A stretch of DNA of 64,000 nucleotides from an uncultured Candidatus Micrarchaeota archaeon (GCA_963804385.1 CAWDQD010000004.1:5107-69106); one strand, 5' to 3'. Counted from the stretch's first letter, positions 25,983 to 35,922 are shown. The notes: generated by a model from the sequence alone, not told the origin. Numbers and translations: made by a program.

Positions 25983-26096
25983 ATGATTGGAACTATAAAC
26001 AGCTTTGTTACGAAAGTCGTCGGTAAAGTGAGCGGCCCGATATGGGGAAAGAAATCCGCGAAGAAGGCCGTCAAGAAGGTCTCAAAGCGCAAGTAG
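25983..26096 (+). CDS. possible small basic protein (37 aa)
   Basis: The translation is MIGTINSFVTKVVGKVSGPIWGKKSAKKAVKKVSKRK, preceded by GGAGG. The ORF is short and overlaps the 3' end of the convergent dph5 gene. Confidence 0.25.
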   Translation: MIGTINSFVTKVVGKVSGPIWGKKSAKKAVKKVSKRK

Positions 26097-26786
26097 ATAT
26101 TCTGATTCGACTGGGTGGAGCTTCGCCGGCACGATTATCGTGAACGGCGGCTTCCCTAATTGCGCTTTTTTCATATCCTTGATTTTTCCATAGGTTATTT
26201 TCTCGTCCTCGTGCCCTACTCTCGACAGTATAACCGCCGAATCGAATTCCGAGAGCATCTCCAATGCAGCCTTAGCCTCCATCGGATCCGGTTCGGTATC
26301 CAGAAGGACCAGCGTGTGCAGGTTCCGGGCGAGGTTCTCCCGGATGACGTCCAAAGACGAGGTGGGCTTGTAGTTCGGCCTCGGGTTGACAAGGCTCGCC
26401 GTCTTGCCGAAGCGGTACATCTGCAGCCCTGCCCTGGCCGGGGCGACCGAGTGTATCGAGGAGTTGTGTATCACCTGGACGGGTATGCCCCGCTTTTTAG
26501 CCTCTATAACGAGCGTAATGTGCGTTGTGGCTGTGAGCGGATCGCCGGATGCTAGCAGGCATACCTCAGCGGATTCTGCCTTATCGACCAGATAAGGGCT
26601 TTCCAGGCGGCTCCTGTCAAGAAGCACTATTTCCTTTCCGATGATAGCGCCGAGCTCCTTGATTTTTTCCTCTGCGATGGGGTTCGTGTACGTCTCGATA
26701 TACGCTTCCTGGCATCTTTTGAGCGCATCCACCCCCCTCAGGGTGACATCGAAGGCGACGCCGGTGCCGATAAGGGAAAGAACCAT
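26082..26786 (-). CDS. dph5: diphthine synthase
   Basis: The pattern fits a tetrapyrrole-methylase-fold diphthine synthase: MVLSLIGTGVAFDVTLRG...ETYTN...LASGDPLTATTH. Confidence 0.9.
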   Translation of the reverse strand: MVLSLIGTGVAFDVTLRGVDALKRCQEAYIETYTNPIAEEKIKELGAIIGKEIVLLDRSRLESPYLVDKAESAEVCLLASGDPLTATTHITLVIEAKKRGIPVQVIHNSSIHSVAPARAGLQMYRFGKTASLVNPRPNYKPTSSLDVIRENLARNLHTLVLLDTEPDPMEAKAALEMLSEFDSAVILSRVGHEDEKITYGKIKDMKKAQLGKPPFTIIVPAKLHPVESEYLLAL

Positions 26787-26944
26787 GCCTTACATGATTG
26801 GGCTAACATTTAAAAATTGGATTCGACAGAGAAGTTACAAGAACCTCAGCTTTAGTCATAGCTGGAATCGCAATCCTTTCTTCAACGAAAGGATACGCTA
26901 TGGGTCTAATATAACCATCCCCCTACCCATAGCGTTCTCCTATT

Positions 26945-27409
26945 TCATGAAAAATCAGAGACATCCGCCTTGCTTATCCCTATCTGGATGCCGTGCTTGA
27001 AAGAGAAACCTTGGTTGACCTCGAGGACATACTGCGCATCTGCGGTCGGGGTGTATACCCTGCATTTGGTGATATTGATGCCGCAGGGCTGCATCTGGAG
27101 GATGTCCACCACGGTGCCGTTCGAATCCATGTATATCGCATCGAGCGGGATCGTGGTGTTCAGCATCCAGAACGGGTATATGTCCTGCTTATCGAAAACG
27201 AAGAGCATGCCGTCGCCATCGCCGAGCTCGTTCCGTCCCATCAGGCCCTTGGCTCTCGTGACTGGATTATCCGCCACTTCGACCGAGACCGATATGTCCG
27301 GGGAACTGAACGTGAGCCGTTGCTCCTTCCCTCTCGCCTGGACGAAGTAGATCGCGAACAGGAATATGACTATGAATAAAGCGATGATTATGATTTCGGC
27401 CTCTTTCAT
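26945..27409 (-). CDS. DUF192 domain protein, membrane-anchored
   Basis: The motif GLMGRNELGDGDGMLFVF...FWMLNTTIPLD is present, with an N-terminal TM helix. Confidence 0.8.
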   Translation of the reverse strand: MKEAEIIIIALFIVIFLFAIYFVQARGKEQRLTFSSPDISVSVEVADNPVTRAKGLMGRNELGDGDGMLFVFDKQDIYPFWMLNTTIPLDAIYMDSNGTVVDILQMQPCGINITKCRVYTPTADAQYVLEVNQGFSFKHGIQIGISKADVSDFS

Positions 27410-27418
27410 GCAGGCACC

Positions 27419-28528
27419 TTAGATCTTCGAGAACCTGGTCTTGAACTTCTCCTGCAGCTTCGGGAGGTTCGTGTACTCGAGATCCTCTTCAGGCAGCCGG
27501 TGGGGCTCGAAAGGCCCGTGCCTCCTCATGTATTCGGCTATCTCGTTCGCCTGCTTCCTGGTGTAATCGTATGAGACGTCCCTGAAGATGTCCTCGGGGC
27601 CCACGAGTATGCCGTTGGCGAGCTGGAAACCGAGCGCGACTACTCTGGGCGGGCCGTCCAAGCGGGTCGGTATCGCCTGCGGCATGGCGCAAGGCATCAT
27701 CGGGCCCTGATGGGAGCCTCTCATCCATCCTGAGACGAGATGCGGGAAGCTGAACGGCTCTAGAGCTTCGCCCACCGAAGGCAGCCCTGCCTGGCAGCGC
27801 ACTATCGCCACCGGATCGTCCTTACCCACATATGTCCCGGCGACCTGGGATAGCTTGTCCGTGGATACGCAGCAGACAGCCTCTTTCTGGTCCACCTTGT
27901 TGCCCGGCCCGGGGTAGATGCGCTTGATAACATATCTGGAGCGGGATCCGATGAAAGCGAGCATGGAGTACATCTCCTCAGGGGTCTTGAAGGTTATCTT
28001 CCTCCCTTCGATCGTGTCGTATACCTCGAAATGGAATCCGCCGACCATGTTCGGGTCGATGACCAGGCCGGGGGTATTGAACGGGTCCGCGAACATGCGG
28101 TAAACCGGCAGGTTGAACGCGCCCGGGTCCGTCTTGTCCATCATGAACACGAGGACCGGCTCGCTCGTCCTTTCCTCGAACTCGAGCTCGGCGACGCCTG
28201 GGCCCATGCCTCGGATGTTCCCTGAGAAAGCGTCCTTGAGGAGGTCCTGGCCGGCTCCGTAGAGCTTGAGCTTCTTGGCCACGACCGTGCCTGCGGTGAA
28301 CGCATCCCATGCGAGCTGGTGGATATCCTTGCTGTCCACGCCCTTCTGGTGCGTCATTATGATGCTGATGTCGTCTCCGCACCAACCGATGTAGTAATCT
28401 ATGAGCAGCCCTTTCTTCTTGGCTTCCGCGACCTTCGACCTGACTTCCGCGACGACGTCCTGATGGACCGTCTGATGGCCCGGGATGCCGCCTATATCCG
28501 CCTTGATTACACTGAGAGTCATTTTCAT
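27419..28528 (-). CDS. fbp: bifunctional fructose-1,6-bisphosphate aldolase/phosphatase (class V FBPase)
   Basis: The N-terminal LSVIKADIGGIPGH is present, and the size is 369 aa. Confidence 0.93.
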   Translation of the reverse strand: MKMTLSVIKADIGGIPGHQTVHQDVVAEVRSKVAEAKKKGLLIDYYIGWCGDDISIIMTHQKGVDSKDIHQLAWDAFTAGTVVAKKLKLYGAGQDLLKDAFSGNIRGMGPGVAELEFEERTSEPVLVFMMDKTDPGAFNLPVYRMFADPFNTPGLVIDPNMVGGFHFEVYDTIEGRKITFKTPEEMYSMLAFIGSRSRYVIKRIYPGPGNKVDQKEAVCCVSTDKLSQVAGTYVGKDDPVAIVRCQAGLPSVGEALEPFSFPHLVSGWMRGSHQGPMMPCAMPQAIPTRLDGPPRVVALGFQLANGILVGPEDIFRDVSYDYTRKQANEIAEYMRRHGPFEPHRLPEEDLEYTNLPKLQEKFKTRFSKI

Positions 28529-28586
28529 GAATACACCGTTTTACAATTATTAGAATCTTAGTCAGAAAATAAAAATATAGCGGAAA

Positions 28587-30695
28587 TCAGGCTTTCGCTT
28601 CCGCGACCTGCAGTCGGGTCACCTTGTCCTCTTCGATGCCCTTGGTCTTCGCGATCTTACCTATATGGAGGACCTGTTCGCTCCTCGAGCTGTCCCGGTA
28701 GATCGTGATACCCTTGCAGCCGAGCTTCCATGCCATGAGGTATACCTTCTCCACGTCTTCCACAGTGGCTTCCGCGGGCATGTTGATGGTCTTGCTCACG
28801 GCCAGCTCGACGTTCTTCTGGAACGCCGCCTGCATCTTGACATGGGATTCGGCCTGCATATCATGGGATACCCTGAAGACGTTCTTCACATCCTCCGGGA
28901 CCCCTTCCATATGCTGGATTGTCCCCTGCTCCATCACGTTGTTTATCAGGTCTTCGCTGTACAATCCGCGCACCTTGAGCACCTGCTCGAAGATCGGGTC
29001 GAGATAGTAATACTGCCCTGCACGGACGGTCTTCAGGAAGGAGAGCGCGAAGACAGGCTCCAGGCTGCTGCTGGTGTCTCCTATCATGGATATGGTCCCC
29101 GTAGGCGCGATGCACGTGCATGTGGCGTTCCGCATGGAATCATATTTCGCCGAGAGCGGGCTGTTCTTGAAGTTCGGGAACGATCCGCGGGCGCGTCCGA
29201 GCTCGTGGCTCATCTTGCGCGCTTCATCGTTTATGAATTTCATGATCTGCTCCCCTACTTCGTAGCCCTGCTCGGAGTCGTAGCGGATGCCCATCTTGAA
29301 GAGCATCTTGGCGAATCCCATTATCCCCAGGCCGATGCGTCTGTTCTTCAGGGTCTGGTCCCGTATCTGCGGTATCGGGTACTTGTTCATGTCGATTACG
29401 TTGTCGAGGAACTGGAATGATAGCCGCACCACGTATCTCAGGCGGTTCCAGTTGACCTTCTTCTTCCAGTCCGTCTTGCTCCAGTCCAGGTCCACGAATT
29501 TGGACATGTTTATGCTGCCTAGGTTGCAGGATTCGAAATCCGGCATGGGGACCTCGCCGCATGGATTGGTGGCGTGGATCGGGTCGTCCGGGGTGGGGTT
29601 CGTCCGATTAATGGTGTCTATGAACAGCATGCCCGGCTCCGCGGATTTCCATGCGCTGTATGCGACCAGCTTGAAGATGCTGCGGGCGTTCACCTTGCGC
29701 ACGACCACGTTGTTCCTCGGGTTGATGAGCTCGTACTCGCCGTTCTCCTCGACCGCCTGCATGAATTTGTCGTCCGCCATGACGCTGACGTTGAAATTCT
29801 CCATCACGCCCGGGGTCTGCTTCATGGTTATGAATTCCTCGACGTCCGGATGCCAGGTGTGCATCGTGGCCATGTTCGCGCCGCGACGCTTGCCCCCCTG
29901 CTTTATGACGCTGGTGGCGTTATCGAAAGCGCTCATGAAAGAGAGCGGACCCGATGCGACACCAGCCGTGCTCTTGACATAATCCCCTTTGGGCCGCAGA
30001 TAGGAGAAGCAGAAACCCGTCCCTCCGCCTGTCTTGTGGATTATCGCCTGGTACTTGACCGATTCGAATATCTGCTCGATGTTGTCCTTCACCGGCAGGA
30101 TGAAGCATGCGGCCAATTGGCCCAGCTCGGTGCCGGCGTTCATCAATGTGGGCGAGTTCGGGAGGAACTCGAAGTTGGTCATGATCTGGAAGAACGCGTC
30201 TTCGTATCGTTTCACGGTCGCCTCATCAGCGCCATAAGCCGCTTCGTTCGAGGCGAGGTGGTGCGCGACCCTCCTGAAGAGCTGGCTCGGGGTCTCGATG
30301 ACCTTGCCGTTCTCATCTCTCATGAGATACCTGCGCTCGAGCACCTGGACGGAATTTATCGGCAGCTTGAGGTCGTCTTCGACCCCCATGGCGCGCTTTA
30401 TCTCGCGCTCCACGCTCTTCTTGTGCCTGTAGACGATGTACGCCTTGGCCGTGGTCGCATGGCCTGTCTCTATGAGCGCCTTCTCCACGACATCCTGGAC
30501 CTCTTCGACCCCGGGCACGTATTCCGGCTTGAACTTGTCGTTGAGTATCTTGATCGCCAGGTCCGCTATGCGTCCCGCTTCCTCATGATCGCTTCCGCCG
30601 ACAGATTGCGCTGCCTTGAATACGGCTTCGACCACCTTGTCTCTATTGAAATCGACTACAGCCCCGTCCCGCTTCCTCACTTTTGTGATTGTCAT
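28587..30695 (-). CDS. nrdJ: adenosylcobalamin-dependent (class II) ribonucleotide reductase with N-terminal ATP-cone
   Basis: The ATP-cone motif VRKRDGAVVDFNRDKV and the active-site motif ATNPCGEVPM...CNLGSIN are present. The ATG at 30695 is preferred over the TTG at 30716. Confidence 0.92.
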   Translation of the reverse strand: MTITKVRKRDGAVVDFNRDKVVEAVFKAAQSVGGSDHEEAGRIADLAIKILNDKFKPEYVPGVEEVQDVVEKALIETGHATTAKAYIVYRHKKSVEREIKRAMGVEDDLKLPINSVQVLERRYLMRDENGKVIETPSQLFRRVAHHLASNEAAYGADEATVKRYEDAFFQIMTNFEFLPNSPTLMNAGTELGQLAACFILPVKDNIEQIFESVKYQAIIHKTGGGTGFCFSYLRPKGDYVKSTAGVASGPLSFMSAFDNATSVIKQGGKRRGANMATMHTWHPDVEEFITMKQTPGVMENFNVSVMADDKFMQAVEENGEYELINPRNNVVVRKVNARSIFKLVAYSAWKSAEPGMLFIDTINRTNPTPDDPIHATNPCGEVPMPDFESCNLGSINMSKFVDLDWSKTDWKKKVNWNRLRYVVRLSFQFLDNVIDMNKYPIPQIRDQTLKNRRIGLGIMGFAKMLFKMGIRYDSEQGYEVGEQIMKFINDEARKMSHELGRARGSFPNFKNSPLSAKYDSMRNATCTCIAPTGTISMIGDTSSSLEPVFALSFLKTVRAGQYYYLDPIFEQVLKVRGLYSEDLINNVMEQGTIQHMEGVPEDVKNVFRVSHDMQAESHVKMQAAFQKNVELAVSKTINMPAEATVEDVEKVYLMAWKLGCKGITIYRDSSRSEQVLHIGKIAKTKGIEEDKVTRLQVAEAKA

Positions 30696-30837
30696 CCTAC
30701 CACCAATGGGCGGCAAATTCCCTCATGAAGAGGAATACCCGATCCCGCCAACCGAGCATCAGACTTTCTTGCATAATGAATTTAAAGGAGAGCAAAAACG
30801 TCGAAAAATGGTTGACACTTCGTTATATTTATGGAAA

Positions 30838-31359
30838 CTAATTATTGCCCTTACTGAGCGCGAACAGGCCTCCTAGGCCGCCCACCACGAAATTTATCAC
30901 TACGCCGAACAACAGGATGCCGACGCCGCAGACGGCCGATAGTCCGACCCCGGCCACACCGTTCGCGTTCGCGAAGAGCGCCCCTGCCAGCACGGATTCC
31001 GGAGTGGCTATCCCATTGCCTCCCGCGAACCTGCCTATTATGACCATGCTGAGGATTATGGTGATGCAGAGCTGGAATACCCCTACGACTAGGTAGGAGA
31101 ACGCCGCGACATACCCTGCCCCGACCGCGTCGAACTTGTATTTCTTCACCGCGCGATAGCCTGCCCAAATGAAGACGCAGAACATCAGCGGGTATAATAT
31201 GAATGAATAGAACGTATCGACCTGGTTTATGAGGGTCGACATATCGGACGTGATGAGCAAGGATGCGAGCTGGATTATCAGGGATACGACCACGAGCAGG
31301 ATACCTATGGCGCTTATGAGCGCTGATGCGAAAACGATTTTTTTCAGATCTAGAGGCAT
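30838..31359 (-). CDS. polytopic membrane protein, function unknown
   Basis: Four to five hydrophobic helices are predicted. I moved the start to MPLDLKK to avoid overlap with gltX. Confidence 0.5.
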   Translation of the reverse strand: MPLDLKKIVFASALISAIGILLVVVSLIIQLASLLITSDMSTLINQVDTFYSFILYPLMFCVFIWAGYRAVKKYKFDAVGAGYVAAFSYLVVGVFQLCITIILSMVIIGRFAGGNGIATPESVLAGALFANANGVAGVGLSAVCGVGILLFGVVINFVVGGLGGLFALSKGNN

Positions 31360-31405
31360 CTGTTCACCATGGAAGCTGAAATGGAATGGAAAATTTATAA
31401 AGCGC

Positions 31406-33082
31406 TCAGCATGCAAAGATGAACGTGAGCTTCTTCCCTTTTTTCTCGTCCAGCCTGCAGAATCCGAAACGCTCGAACTGGATTATATCCCCGACATCGA
31501 GCTTCGCGCACGCAGGTTCGCAGTAGCCCTTGACGCTCTCCAGGCTCTTGGAATCGAATTCGCCGTCAGCTCCGAGAAGGTCTTTCGGGACCAGGACGGT
31601 GCAGTCGAGCTTCCCGTCGCTGACCCATTGTATCTTCTTTTCCGGCATCTCGCTCTGGACGAGCTCGGCCTTGCTCCCCTTGATCATCTTGATATTGCAC
31701 AGGTCCTTGAGCCTGAACGGTTCGCCTTCTTTCAATTGCGAGGCGTCGCTCTTCGAGATGAAGACTTTGCCGGATACCGCGAGCTCCCTGCTGCCAACAT
31801 CCTTCTTCGGATGGAGCTTCAGCTGGATCTTGCGGTTCTCGAAGCCGTGGATGTCCACTTCGATCGGATCCGGAACGAAGAAGAAATGGCTCGCTTCGGG
31901 GTCCAGGAGCTTCCTGTTGAACGATAGGAGGGATTCCAGATCTGGTTCGCTCTCCACCTTGGATATGCCGAACGAGAGCACGAACTCCTGGATGGCCTTC
32001 GGCAGGATGCCCCTGCGCCGCATCCCGGCGAGCGTAGGCATCCTCGGGTCATCCCAACCCATCAGCTTCCCGCTCTCCACCAATGGACGGAGAAGGCGCT
32101 TGGAGATGGGGGCGTTCTTTATCGCAAGCCTGGAGATGGAGATCATCTGCGGGACCGGCAGATCGAGCTTTTTCAATAGATAGACGTATGCCTCGTCCCG
32201 GAGCTCGTATTCCTTCGAGCGGATCGGATGGGTTATCCCCAAAATCGAGTCCATGACGGCGCCCTGGAAATCATATGTCGGCCAGACGCGGTATTTCGTG
32301 CCCTGGCGATAATGGGGTGTCGTGATTATCCTGAACAAAGTCGGGTCCCGCATGACCGTGTTCTGGGACTCCATGTCGCCCCTCAGCCTGATGATGACGC
32401 TCCCTTCCTCAGCGTTGTCGAGCATCCCTTTCCAAAGAGCGATGTTCTCCGGGGCTTTCCGTTCGCCGCAGGCGCAGCGTTTCATGCTTTCCCTGCCCTT
32501 GCTGATATCTTCCTGCTTGCAGGTGCACGCGTACGCATCCCCGTTCTCGAGGAGCTTGCCGCAGAGCTCGTACATCTTCGGCATGAAATCGCTGCAGTAG
32601 AGCTCCTCATCCCATTTGATTCCGAGCCAGGTTATACCATCGCGGATCGCATCCAGGAATTCGGGTTTCTCCGCTTCCGGATTGGTGTCGTCCCATCTCA
32701 GGAGTATCTTTCCATGGTATTTCTTCGCTATGGTGTATGAGAGGCAGAACGCCTTCGCATGGCCGATATGCGGCCAGCCATTCGGTTCCGGAGGGTAGCG
32801 GACGACCACTTTCCCATCCACCGCGTTCGGCACGTCTATTCCCTTTTCTTCCTCTTTCTTCTGGACGTATTCGAATTTCGACATCTCGGATTCTATCTGC
32901 TCTTTGGTGAGTTTCGAGATCCGTGCGACCTCAGCGTTGATTTTGGCCATCGTTGCCTTCATGTCTTTCTTGCAATCCGGGTCCTCCCCTATGACTTTCC
33001 CTACGATGGAACTCGCGTTGGGCTTGCCGTAATCGAACGCGTTCTTCAATACGTGCTTGGTGATTATTGAATCAAGAGACAT
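31406..33082 (-). CDS. gltX: glutamyl-tRNA synthetase, archaeal/eukaryotic type
   Basis: The class I HIGH motif PEPNGWPHIGHAKA is present, with a KMSKS-equivalent PISKRLL. The size is 558 aa. Confidence 0.9.
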   Translation of the reverse strand: MSLDSIITKHVLKNAFDYGKPNASSIVGKVIGEDPDCKKDMKATMAKINAEVARISKLTKEQIESEMSKFEYVQKKEEEKGIDVPNAVDGKVVVRYPPEPNGWPHIGHAKAFCLSYTIAKKYHGKILLRWDDTNPEAEKPEFLDAIRDGITWLGIKWDEELYCSDFMPKMYELCGKLLENGDAYACTCKQEDISKGRESMKRCACGERKAPENIALWKGMLDNAEEGSVIIRLRGDMESQNTVMRDPTLFRIITTPHYRQGTKYRVWPTYDFQGAVMDSILGITHPIRSKEYELRDEAYVYLLKKLDLPVPQMISISRLAIKNAPISKRLLRPLVESGKLMGWDDPRMPTLAGMRRRGILPKAIQEFVLSFGISKVESEPDLESLLSFNRKLLDPEASHFFFVPDPIEVDIHGFENRKIQLKLHPKKDVGSRELAVSGKVFISKSDASQLKEGEPFRLKDLCNIKMIKGSKAELVQSEMPEKKIQWVSDGKLDCTVLVPKDLLGADGEFDSKSLESVKGYCEPACAKLDVGDIIQFERFGFCRLDEKKGKKLTFIFAC

Positions 33083-33148
33083 GAGAAGTAGATATTGGAT
33101 GAGGTTTAAGAGAATAGCGGGATTGGCTTCATTTCGCCAGGAGACACG

Positions 33149-33958
33149 TCATCTTCCGTAAATCGGTTTCCCTTTGTGGTATATCTTCCCATTTTTTATA
33201 TCAGACGAGACACTCCCGATATCGCCGCATACATAGATATCCCCGCCGCCCATCTGGACGCCGCAGTTCTCCAGGACATTCCCCTTCACGTGGATCTTGC
33301 CGCTGAACATCTGCATCCCGCAATTCGTGCCGGCGTTTCCGAGCACATCTATGGTGCTCGCAATCATGTACCATCCAAGGTTGTTTCCCGCATTACCAGT
33401 CACGTGGAGTGAACCGCCCCGCATGCAGCCACCGGCATCATTGCCTACGCTGCCATCGACCGTGATGCTGCCGCCCTCCATATGGAGGCCGCAGTTGCCG
33501 CCGAGATTGCCATATACGAATATCGTTTTTCTATTTTGATAACCAAGATAATCGATTTCTCTGAAGAGATGCGATGTCTCCACATCATATCTCTTCCATC
33601 TCCCTTTGCTGATCAGGGCGGTGAGGAATAATCCGGCTTTGTTATTGAATCCTTCTTCTTCCTGATAGGTAGCCAGACGTAAGCAGAATTCCCTGACGTC
33701 CTTCCTAGAGAATCCAGTGCCGGTTATGACGGAGAGGCAATCCTTGAGGAATTTCTCGGCTTCCGTCATCCTTACAAAATAGTCTCTGCAACTACCTGCC
33801 TTTTTCCACGCGGCTTCCATAGCGTCAACCTTTCTGTTGGCCTTGATCACCATTATCCTGACGTCCTGGCCAGATTCCTTAGAGAATCTGCTGAACATGC
33901 TGGAAGCGGCAAGCGTTGGAGGGATTACTTTCCTTCGAATCTGTGATGTAGCACGCAT
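33149..33958 (-). CDS. GXGXG-type beta-helix protein with unrecognised N-terminal domain, paralog 1
   Basis: Six consecutive 19-residue turns are present (GNLGGNCGLHMEGGSITVD / GSVGNDAGGCMRGGSLHVT / GNAGNNLGWYMIASTIDVL ...), as in the GltB C-terminal and FwdC domains. The shared N-domain motif is KAGLFLTALI...HL...IDYLGY. Confidence 0.75.
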   Translation of the reverse strand: MRATSQIRRKVIPPTLAASSMFSRFSKESGQDVRIMVIKANRKVDAMEAAWKKAGSCRDYFVRMTEAEKFLKDCLSVITGTGFSRKDVREFCLRLATYQEEEGFNNKAGLFLTALISKGRWKRYDVETSHLFREIDYLGYQNRKTIFVYGNLGGNCGLHMEGGSITVDGSVGNDAGGCMRGGSLHVTGNAGNNLGWYMIASTIDVLGNAGTNCGMQMFSGKIHVKGNVLENCGVQMGGGDIYVCGDIGSVSSDIKNGKIYHKGKPIYGR

Positions 33959-33962
33959 AGCA

Positions 33963-34841
33963 TCACTTGTCCACGACGAATCTCCCGTTATGGAAGGTTT
34001 TCCCGCCCTTGATGTTCGTTGAAAGCTCGAAAAAATCGCCCAGCAGGTATAACCTCCCGCCAGTCATCCCCTCTCCAACAACTTTGCCCGCATCCCCCAA
34101 AACTATAACCACTCCATTTTTCATGTCAAGGCCGAGTTCAAAACGGGTATTGCCACGCACGGTTATCGTGCCGCCATCCATCATCTGTCCGGTGCCATCG
34201 CTGCCGTTACCAAAAACTTCGATAGCACCACCCCTCATCTTACGACCGATACGTTCGCCGCCATCGCCAAAGACCGATATCCTTCCCCCAGACATCTCGC
34301 ACCCGAGGTCGTATCCGGCGCGCCCATTTATAGATATCAACCCTCCGCGCATATTGGAGCCGGCCTTTCCCCACGCGTCCCCATCCACTTGTATGGAGCC
34401 GCGTTTCATTTCACAGCCCAAGTATTGATCCACATCCCCCTTGACCATGATGTGTTTTGTGTTTCTATACCCTAACGAGTTGATTCGCTGGTCTAGATGA
34501 CTGGTATGTATGACAAATTCCTCATCCTTGCATTTGTTGATCAATGCGCTTAGGAATAATCCTGCCTTGGTCGGGAAACTCTCCTCCCCCTGGAAGGAAA
34601 TGAGGGCAAGCGAAAAGCTCTCGATCGCTGTCGAATCGACTTCGATGGATTTCAAAGACTTGCAGATCGTTTTGTAGTACCACAATTCTAATTCCAGTAA
34701 GGAATGCCATGCAGAAACCAACCGCGCGAGCTTCGGATCTTTCTTGGTATCCAATGCGCGGGCTGCCCTCTCCGGCTCGGATTTGTAATTGCCGAACCGT
34801 CCTGCCGCGAAGCATCTTCGCTCAGCCTGTTGCAGAATCAT
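33963..34841 (-). CDS. GXGXG-type beta-helix protein, paralog 2
   Basis: The architecture is the same as paralog 1. I moved the start to the ATG at 34841 (MILQQAERRCFAAGRFGNY), which aligns with the N-termini of the other two paralogs and gives an ATGA overlap with the upstream gene. Confidence 0.75.
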   Translation of the reverse strand: MILQQAERRCFAAGRFGNYKSEPERAARALDTKKDPKLARLVSAWHSLLELELWYYKTICKSLKSIEVDSTAIESFSLALISFQGEESFPTKAGLFLSALINKCKDEEFVIHTSHLDQRINSLGYRNTKHIMVKGDVDQYLGCEMKRGSIQVDGDAWGKAGSNMRGGLISINGRAGYDLGCEMSGGRISVFGDGGERIGRKMRGGAIEVFGNGSDGTGQMMDGGTITVRGNTRFELGLDMKNGVVIVLGDAGKVVGEGMTGGRLYLLGDFFELSTNIKGGKTFHNGRFVVDK

Positions 34842-35920
34842 TCCGGCCAGACCTCTTTCCTCGCAGCTTCGAGCATAGAACGGACCTGCTCCATAGGATC
34901 GAAAATGTCCTTTCTGGCGAGGCTTCCGATGAAGTGGGATAACCTGCGCCAACGATTAGCCATTACAATTTCTCCATTGTGGAATATCATGCCTTTAGTG
35001 TTATGTGAAGCGTACCATGAGGAGCCGCCAGTTGTCCAATGCAATCGCCTCTCGCTATGGCTCCACAAACTATCATAGGTTCCAAGGAGGTAAATCTTTC
35101 CACCCTCCATGCTGCTGCCGACACCCCGGCCGGCATTGCCCTTGGAAATTATCATCCCGCCGCGCATATAGCAGCCAAGGCCGGACCCCACATCGCCTTC
35201 GATTACGAGCGTGCCTTTGGCCATGTTGTTTCCAGCGTCTTTTTTGCAGGAGCCTTTGAGGATGACCAATCCACCTCGGAGGTCATCGGCGAAGCAGTGC
35301 TCTGAACTAGCACTCGCATCTCCGTGTATGATGATAGCCCCTCCGGCCGCTCTTGAAGCTGAACTTATCCCGACATTGCCCTGTATTTCGGCATAGCCGG
35401 ATTCCATGTCATGGCAGGTGAACCAGCCCGAGTTCCCGTTCACTATGAATGCGCCTTTGCTCATATGTCCGCCAGCCCAGCCTCCGGCATGGCCTTCAAT
35501 GGTGAGGCGCTTCTTGTTGTGATAACCAAGATAATCAATGGGGTTCTTGAGGTGAGTGGTATGTATCACGAATTCCATATCATGGCTGGTATTCACCAAT
35601 GCACTCAGGAAAAGACCTGCTTTCTGGTAAAAGCCTTGTTCGTCCTCGATCTGTGCGAGTGCCAGAGAGAACATCTCGACATCTTTCGGCGTTGCGCCGA
35701 TTCCGTTCAAAAGCACGACTAACTTGGGATAATCCTCCCAATCATATCTTGCAGAGCCCTTGAATTCCTTCCATTTCGAGAAGATGAGTTCCTGGACAGA
35801 ATCGGATTGGACATGGGAGTTCCTGATTTGCTTCTCAGTTTCGGCTTTGAATCCACCGAATCTGCTGGAAGTTGCTGCTCGTGAGATTCTTCGTTCCGAA
35901 TCCGTGGCCATTGTCTGCAT
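34838..35920 (-). CDS. GXGXG-type beta-helix protein, paralog 3 (with about 45-aa C-terminal extension)
   Basis: The architecture is the same as the other two paralogs. The turns are more degenerate, and there is an extra tail after the conserved ...IFHNGEIV end. Confidence 0.75.
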   Translation of the reverse strand: MQTMATDSERRISRAATSSRFGGFKAETEKQIRNSHVQSDSVQELIFSKWKEFKGSARYDWEDYPKLVVLLNGIGATPKDVEMFSLALAQIEDEQGFYQKAGLFLSALVNTSHDMEFVIHTTHLKNPIDYLGYHNKKRLTIEGHAGGWAGGHMSKGAFIVNGNSGWFTCHDMESGYAEIQGNVGISSASRAAGGAIIIHGDASASSEHCFADDLRGGLVILKGSCKKDAGNNMAKGTLVIEGDVGSGLGCYMRGGMIISKGNAGRGVGSSMEGGKIYLLGTYDSLWSHSERRLHWTTGGSSWYASHNTKGMIFHNGEIVMANRWRRLSHFIGSLARKDIFDPMEQVRSMLEAARKEVWPE

Positions 35921-35922
35921 GG

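Noticed and set aside
29574-30728. 384-aa plus-strand ORF, together with 28665-29420 and 29287-29982
   Set aside because: All three are antisense to the class II ribonucleotide reductase, which has unambiguous motifs. The shadow ORFs have biased, low-complexity composition.
34842-34952. Upstream extension of GXGXG paralog 2 (start at 34952)
   Set aside because: It would overlap paralog 3 by 115 nt. The N-termini of the other two paralogs align with the ATG at 34841.
33149-35920. The 57-nt periodicity as a possible CRISPR array or non-coding tandem repeat
   Set aside because: The periodicity is at the protein level (19-residue beta-helix turns) and the nucleotide units are divergent. There are no identical direct repeats with unique spacers anywhere in the window.
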